A DNA stretch of 10,667 bases from assembly GCA_020354945.1 (NCBI GenBank), contig CP070655.1, positions 1,083,850-1,094,516 on the forward strand. Direction: 5' to 3'. This document shows, piece by piece, positions 7,306 to 10,667 of the stretch. The DNA comes from Candidatus Omnitrophota bacterium (GTDB lineage: Bacteria > Omnitrophota > Gorgyraeia > JABMRG01 > JAFGKX01). The first letter of the stretch is position 1, and each line of letters opens with the position of its first letter. The notes under the pieces were generated by a model. It was given only the letters and a program-made list of their open reading frames with translations, searched no databases and had not been told where the DNA came from. A program made the translations under genes and the position numbers.

Positions 7306-7761
7306 ATGATAACACCTCCCAGAAGAATGATAACCAAGAAGCTTGGCGAGCTTTTGGTTGAACAAAAGATAATAAAAGAGTCTGAACTTCAAAAAGCCCT
7401 GCAGATGCAGAAAGAGAAAGGCGGCCTACTGGGGAGTATATTGGTCCTGCTGGGATTTGCTACGGAAGAACAAATCGCTCAGGCGCTGACTACACAATAT
7501 GGTTTCCCCTATTTACCCCTTAAAAATTACGAAATCGACCAGGAGATAGTAAAACTTATCCCACGAAACGTAGCGGAACAATATGCCCTGATTGCAATAG
7601 ACAAAGTAGGTAATTCTCTTACGGTGGCAATGTCAAATCCGCTTAATCTACATGCCATAGAAGATATAGAGCTTATTACAAACTGTAAAGTTCAAACATT
7701 TGTAAGCACTCAAAGTGACATAAAAGCAATAATTATAAGATACTATGCCACAAACCCTTAA
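7306..7761 (+). CDS. Stand-alone MshEN (GspE/PilB N-terminal) domain protein, candidate c-di-GMP receptor
   Basis: Tandem 24-aa motifs 'KLGELLVEQKIIKESELQKALQMQ'-KEKGG-'LLGSILVLLGFATEEQIAQALTTQ', followed by the MshEN C-subdomain ('IP...A..Y..I.I......LTVAMSNPLN...IEDI'). No ATPase domain. SD TAAGGAG at 7288-7294. Confidence 0.88.
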   Translation: MITPPRRMITKKLGELLVEQKIIKESELQKALQMQKEKGGLLGSILVLLGFATEEQIAQALTTQYGFPYLPLKNYEIDQEIVKLIPRNVAEQYALIAIDKVGNSLTVAMSNPLNLHAIEDIELITNCKVQTFVSTQSDIKAIIIRYYATNP

Positions 7762-9460
7762 GCAGAGAATAACCAATACATTACTGGAAAAAAAACTGCT
7801 AAGCAAAAAGCGATTAGATGAGGCATTAAAAGTCCAGAGGGAGCGGGGTGGAAAATTAAGTCAAATTTTAGTAAATTTAGGTTATGTTAAAGAGCAGGAT
7901 CTTGTTTCTGCTCTAAGTCAGAATTTAAATATTCCAGCCATAAGTTTAGAAAAATACAGGATAGACCCTTCCGTAACAGAATTAGTCCCTAAAGAAATAG
8001 CTCGCCGTTATGAAATAATTCCAATATCTAAAATTAAAAAAAGCTTGACAATAGCTATGGCTGATCCATTGAATGTCTTTGCAATAGATGACATAGCTTC
8101 ACTGACCGGTTTTCAGGTAAGGGTAGTCATCGCAACGGCTAAAGAAATATTGGATGCCATAGAACAATATTATGCCGCTCATACCCGTAAAGCGATAGAG
8201 GCAGTGGTAAAGGTTATGGAGAAACCGGAATCTATTACTACCGAAGTTGTTGGAGCAAAGCAGCTCACAGTTTCAGAACTCAGGCAAATGGTGGAAGAAG
8301 TCCCTGTTGTTAAAGTTACCAATATGATATTAGCAGAAGCAATCGGATTAAAAGCGAGCGATGTTCTAATTGAGCCATTAGAGGATGTTACCCGAATCAG
8401 GTACCGTATCGACGGCCTTTTACAGAAGGCCAGGACATTGCCTAAACGCATGCATGATGCTGTAATCTCCAGAATAAAAGTTATGTCAGAATTGAATATA
8501 GCTGAGCACCGGCTGCCTCAGGATGGCCGTTTCAAAATAAAATTCAAAGACAGATTTGTAGATTTTAGAATTGCTATTCTGCCCAGTAGTTACGGAGAAA
8601 AAGCCGGATTAAGGATATTAGATAAGGCCCAGGCCACTCTTGATATAGAGAAATTGGGCTTTAAAGGGAGACCATTGGAAGAACTTAAAAAGGCGGCTAT
8701 GCGCCCTCACGGTATGATATTGGTCTGCGGCCCTACCGGTTGCGGCAAGACAACCTCATTGTATTCTATCCTTAAGTATATTGAAACGCCGGAGAAAAAT
8801 ATGTTAACTGTAGAAGACCCTGTAGAATTTGATTTGCCGGGGATAAATCAGGTTAACGCAAGGCCGGAGACAGGTTTGACTTTTGCGGCAACTTTGCGCT
8901 CTATGCTGAGACAAGACCCCGATATCATAATGGTCGGAGAGATAAGAGACTATGAGACAGCAGATATCGCTATTAAAGCAGCCCTGACAGGCCATCTGGT
9001 TTTAAGCACCCTGCACACCAATACAGCTGCCGGGGCTATTACCAGAGCAGTCAATATGGGGATTGAACCTTTCCTGATCAGTTCATCGGTAATCTTAATT
9101 GCTGCCCAAAGGCTCGTTCGTAAAATTTGTACAAAATGCAAAGAACACTATAAAATTAATGATTCTATTAGAAAAGAATTTAATTTATCTAAAGGCGCAA
9201 AGGATAAATTCTATAAAGGAGGAGGATGTGATTTTTGCCTGGACACAGGTTATAAAGGTAGAATCGGCATTATAGAAGTTATTGCTTTAACCCCTACCAT
9301 ACGGGCATTGGTAATGGATAAGGCCTCAGAATCCGAAATTAAAGAGCAGGCCCGCAAGGAAGGCATGATAACCCTAAGGGAAGACGGCCTAAATAAAGCC
9401 AAGGCAGGGATAACCACTCTGGAAGAAGTTACGAGAGTAACAATGGCGGATAAAGGATAA
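7745..9460 (+). CDS. pilB: PilB/GspE-family type IV pilus or type II secretion assembly ATPase with N-terminal MshEN domain
   Basis: 'RYRIDG', 'PQDGR', Walker A 'GPTGCGKTT', Asp box 'TVEDPVE', Walker B 'RQDPDIIMVGEIRD', His box 'GHLVLSTLHTN', tetra-Cys Zn motif 'CTKC...CDFC' and 'GYKGR'. PilB and GspE cannot be firmly distinguished from this window. Confidence 0.93.
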   Translation: MPQTLKQRITNTLLEKKLLSKKRLDEALKVQRERGGKLSQILVNLGYVKEQDLVSALSQNLNIPAISLEKYRIDPSVTELVPKEIARRYEIIPISKIKKSLTIAMADPLNVFAIDDIASLTGFQVRVVIATAKEILDAIEQYYAAHTRKAIEAVVKVMEKPESITTEVVGAKQLTVSELRQMVEEVPVVKVTNMILAEAIGLKASDVLIEPLEDVTRIRYRIDGLLQKARTLPKRMHDAVISRIKVMSELNIAEHRLPQDGRFKIKFKDRFVDFRIAILPSSYGEKAGLRILDKAQATLDIEKLGFKGRPLEELKKAAMRPHGMILVCGPTGCGKTTSLYSILKYIETPEKNMLTVEDPVEFDLPGINQVNARPETGLTFAATLRSMLRQDPDIIMVGEIRDYETADIAIKAALTGHLVLSTLHTNTAAGAITRAVNMGIEPFLISSSVILIAAQRLVRKICTKCKEHYKINDSIRKEFNLSKGAKDKFYKGGGCDFCLDTGYKGRIGIIEVIALTPTIRALVMDKASESEIKEQARKEGMITLREDGLNKAKAGITTLEEVTRVTMADKG

Positions 9461-9481
9461 GTTATAAGTTATTGCTACTAA
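9447..9481. repeat. Degenerate 7-nt-period tract spanning the pilB stop codon
   Basis: CGGATAA AGGATAA GTTATAA GTTATTG CTACTAA in 7-nt phase, with exact ATAAGTT x2 at 9457-9470. Confidence 0.55.
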
Positions 9482-9496
9482 ATATGGGGGAATGAA

Positions 9497-9787
9497 ATGG
9501 AACTGATACATACTGTTAGAGTCACAGACGCGATAATGGCTTATGCAACAGTGGTTATGGGTATATTTATTATTATTGTCTTTTTTGTATTATTGCATTG
9601 CGCTGCATTAATCAAAAGAGGTATCGAAGGAATAAGGATATACCTTAAGTTTGCCAGCAGGCAGCAGGCCATAATGAATAAAAACATAATAAATCTATTC
9701 CCTGGAAGCGGAGAGGAAAAGGAAAAGGCAAAAAAAGAACTCGATGCAGTTACAGGAAATATATTGAATGATATAGAGACGTTTTAG
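9497..9787 (+). CDS. Small hypothetical single-pass membrane protein (96 aa)
   Basis: Hydrophobic segment 'AIMAYATVVMGIFIIIVFFVLLHCAALI' followed by the positive-inside patch 'KRG...R...K' and a charged helical tail. G-rich RBS at 9486-9491. Fills the gap in the operon. Confidence 0.75.
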   Translation: MELIHTVRVTDAIMAYATVVMGIFIIIVFFVLLHCAALIKRGIEGIRIYLKFASRQQAIMNKNIINLFPGSGEEKEKAKKELDAVTGNILNDIETF

Positions 9788-9793
9788 AAATTA

Positions 9794-9820
9794 AAAATGC
9801 AAAATGCAAAATGCAAAATT
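9794..9820. repeat. Heptamer tandem repeat (AAAATGC)x3 plus partial copy
   Basis: AAAATGC at 9794, 9801 and 9808, then AAAATT at 9815. Confidence 0.9.
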
Positions 9821-9844
9821 AATATTTGACATCGGGAGGGAGTA

Positions 9845-10216
9845 ATGGCAGAAACAAAAAAGATACTGGTGGTTGATGATGAGGAAGATATAAGGGATCT
9901 CTTAGACGCTTATTTATCCAAAAGGGGTTATACGGTTAATGTGGCAAAAGATGGATTAGAAGCCATTAAAAAAACAGATGCCGAAAAGTTTGATTTTGTT
10001 TTTTTGGATATCAAGATGACCGGATTAAATGGAGTTGAAACTTTTAAACGCATTAAAGACAAAGACCCTGATTGCAGCGTTATAATAATGACAGGCTATC
10101 GCACTATGGCAAAAGAACTGATAACCGATCCGCTAAAAGCTCAAATTCATTCGATACTCTATAAGCCATTTAGCATGAAGGAGACATTGAGGATAATAGA
10201 GGGAAGAAAAAAATAA
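9845..10216 (+). CDS. Single-domain (CheY-like) response regulator
   Basis: 'KILVVDDE', phospho-acceptor 'VFLDIKM..LNG', 'IIMTGY' and 'LYKPF'. No output domain. RBS GGGAGG upstream. Confidence 0.93.
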   Translation: MAETKKILVVDDEEDIRDLLDAYLSKRGYTVNVAKDGLEAIKKTDAEKFDFVFLDIKMTGLNGVETFKRIKDKDPDCSVIIMTGYRTMAKELITDPLKAQIHSILYKPFSMKETLRIIEGRKK

Positions 10217-10667
10217 TGGCACTGTTCCGTCAAATGCAGAGGACCTTTCAAAGAAGAAGATGGTTGCTACTATTAGTCATTTTACCGTTATTCATTCCAA
10301 TACATACTATAAAGCCTCACTATAAGCTCTTCTTAAAAATGAAGCTAAATCCCCCGGATTATATACAAACCCGTATAGAGCGGATGAAGTGGCTGTCTGA
10401 ACAGAGCAATATTTTAAGCAGTAGAGAATTGTTAACCAATGCCTTAAAAAAAGCTGGCCTTTCTGAAATTGAAATTGAAAAGCAGCTCCCTTTTATTAAG
10501 AATAATCTGGATATTTCCATTAAAGACGAGGATATATTAAACATTGAATTAGCCGCAGCAGAAAAACACAGGCTCAAGGTAATTGCTAATGAAATTGTAA
10601 CCATTTATTTAGATGCAGCCGCTAAAGAAAGACAGGCTATGCAAGCAGAGATTTATGAGTCCGGAAA
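10216..10667 (+). CDS. Wzz/GumC-like polysaccharide co-polymerase (chain-length determinant) N-terminal part, 3'-truncated
   Basis: Not in the ORF track because it has no stop in the window. ATG at 10216 overlaps the upstream stop (TAATG) and the frame is open to the end: MALFRQMQRTFQRRRWLLLLVILPLFIPIHTIKPHYKL...EQSNILSSRELLTNAL...NNLDISIKDEDILNIEL...KVIANEIVTIYLD. The 'RRRW-hydrophobic...P.Y', 'Q..IL.SR.L' and 'IAN.I...YL' pattern is typical of Wzz/Wzc proteins. Confidence 0.65.
   Translation, partial: MALFRQMQRTFQRRRWLLLLVILPLFIPIHTIKPHYKLFLKMKLNPPDYIQTRIERMKWLSEQSNILSSRELLTNALKKAGLSEIEIEKQLPFIKNNLDISIKDEDILNIELAAAEKHRLKVIANEIVTIYLDAAAKERQAMQAEIYESG

Noticed and set aside
4779-9141. Short minus-strand ORFs within or overlapping FAH, the hypothetical, GGDEF and pilB genes (including 5699-5905)
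   Set aside because: Shadows of well-supported + strand genes or AT-rich promoter DNA, with no independent coding evidence.
9484-9495. Mini-ORF ATG GGG GAA TGA before the 96-aa gene
   Set aside because: Three codons overlapping the RBS, as expected by chance. No evidence of a leader-peptide role.
9826-9831. Perfect TTGACA upstream of the response regulator
   Set aside because: No -10 hexamer at 16-18 nt, since that position falls inside the CDS start. Not a credible promoter.
10359-10604. 81-aa minus-strand ORF
   Set aside because: Antisense to the longer, translationally coupled Wzz-like + strand frame starting at 10216.

Overview
AT-rich bacterial chromosomal window of 14 coding regions, with no rRNA, tRNA, CRISPR array or mobile element visible. 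Left to right: a 5'-truncated GNAT acetyltransferase and a sensor-GAF-HD-GYP phosphodiesterase converge, at a bidirectional terminator, on a minus-strand exeA/gspA-like AAA ATPase + gspB-like pair. A divergent operon follows (DUF6941-like, DUF4416-like, FAH-family hydrolase), then a hypothetical gene with its own promoter. The final long + strand unit encodes a 2TM-HAMP-GAF protein with a degenerate GGDEF domain (ADDEF), a stand-alone MshEN-domain protein, a PilB/GspE ATPase whose own MshEN c-di-GMP motifs are degenerate, a small membrane protein, a single-domain response regulator and a Wzz/GumC-like protein running off the 3' end (missing from the ORF track). The most interesting signals are (i) a candidate pseudo-cyclase + detached MshEN module + PilB control unit and (ii) 7-nt-period repeat tracts at three stop-codon junctions of that unit. 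All family names come from motif recognition, not database searches. The gene content resembles Candidatus Omnitrophota or deltaproteobacteria-like genomes, which is inference only.
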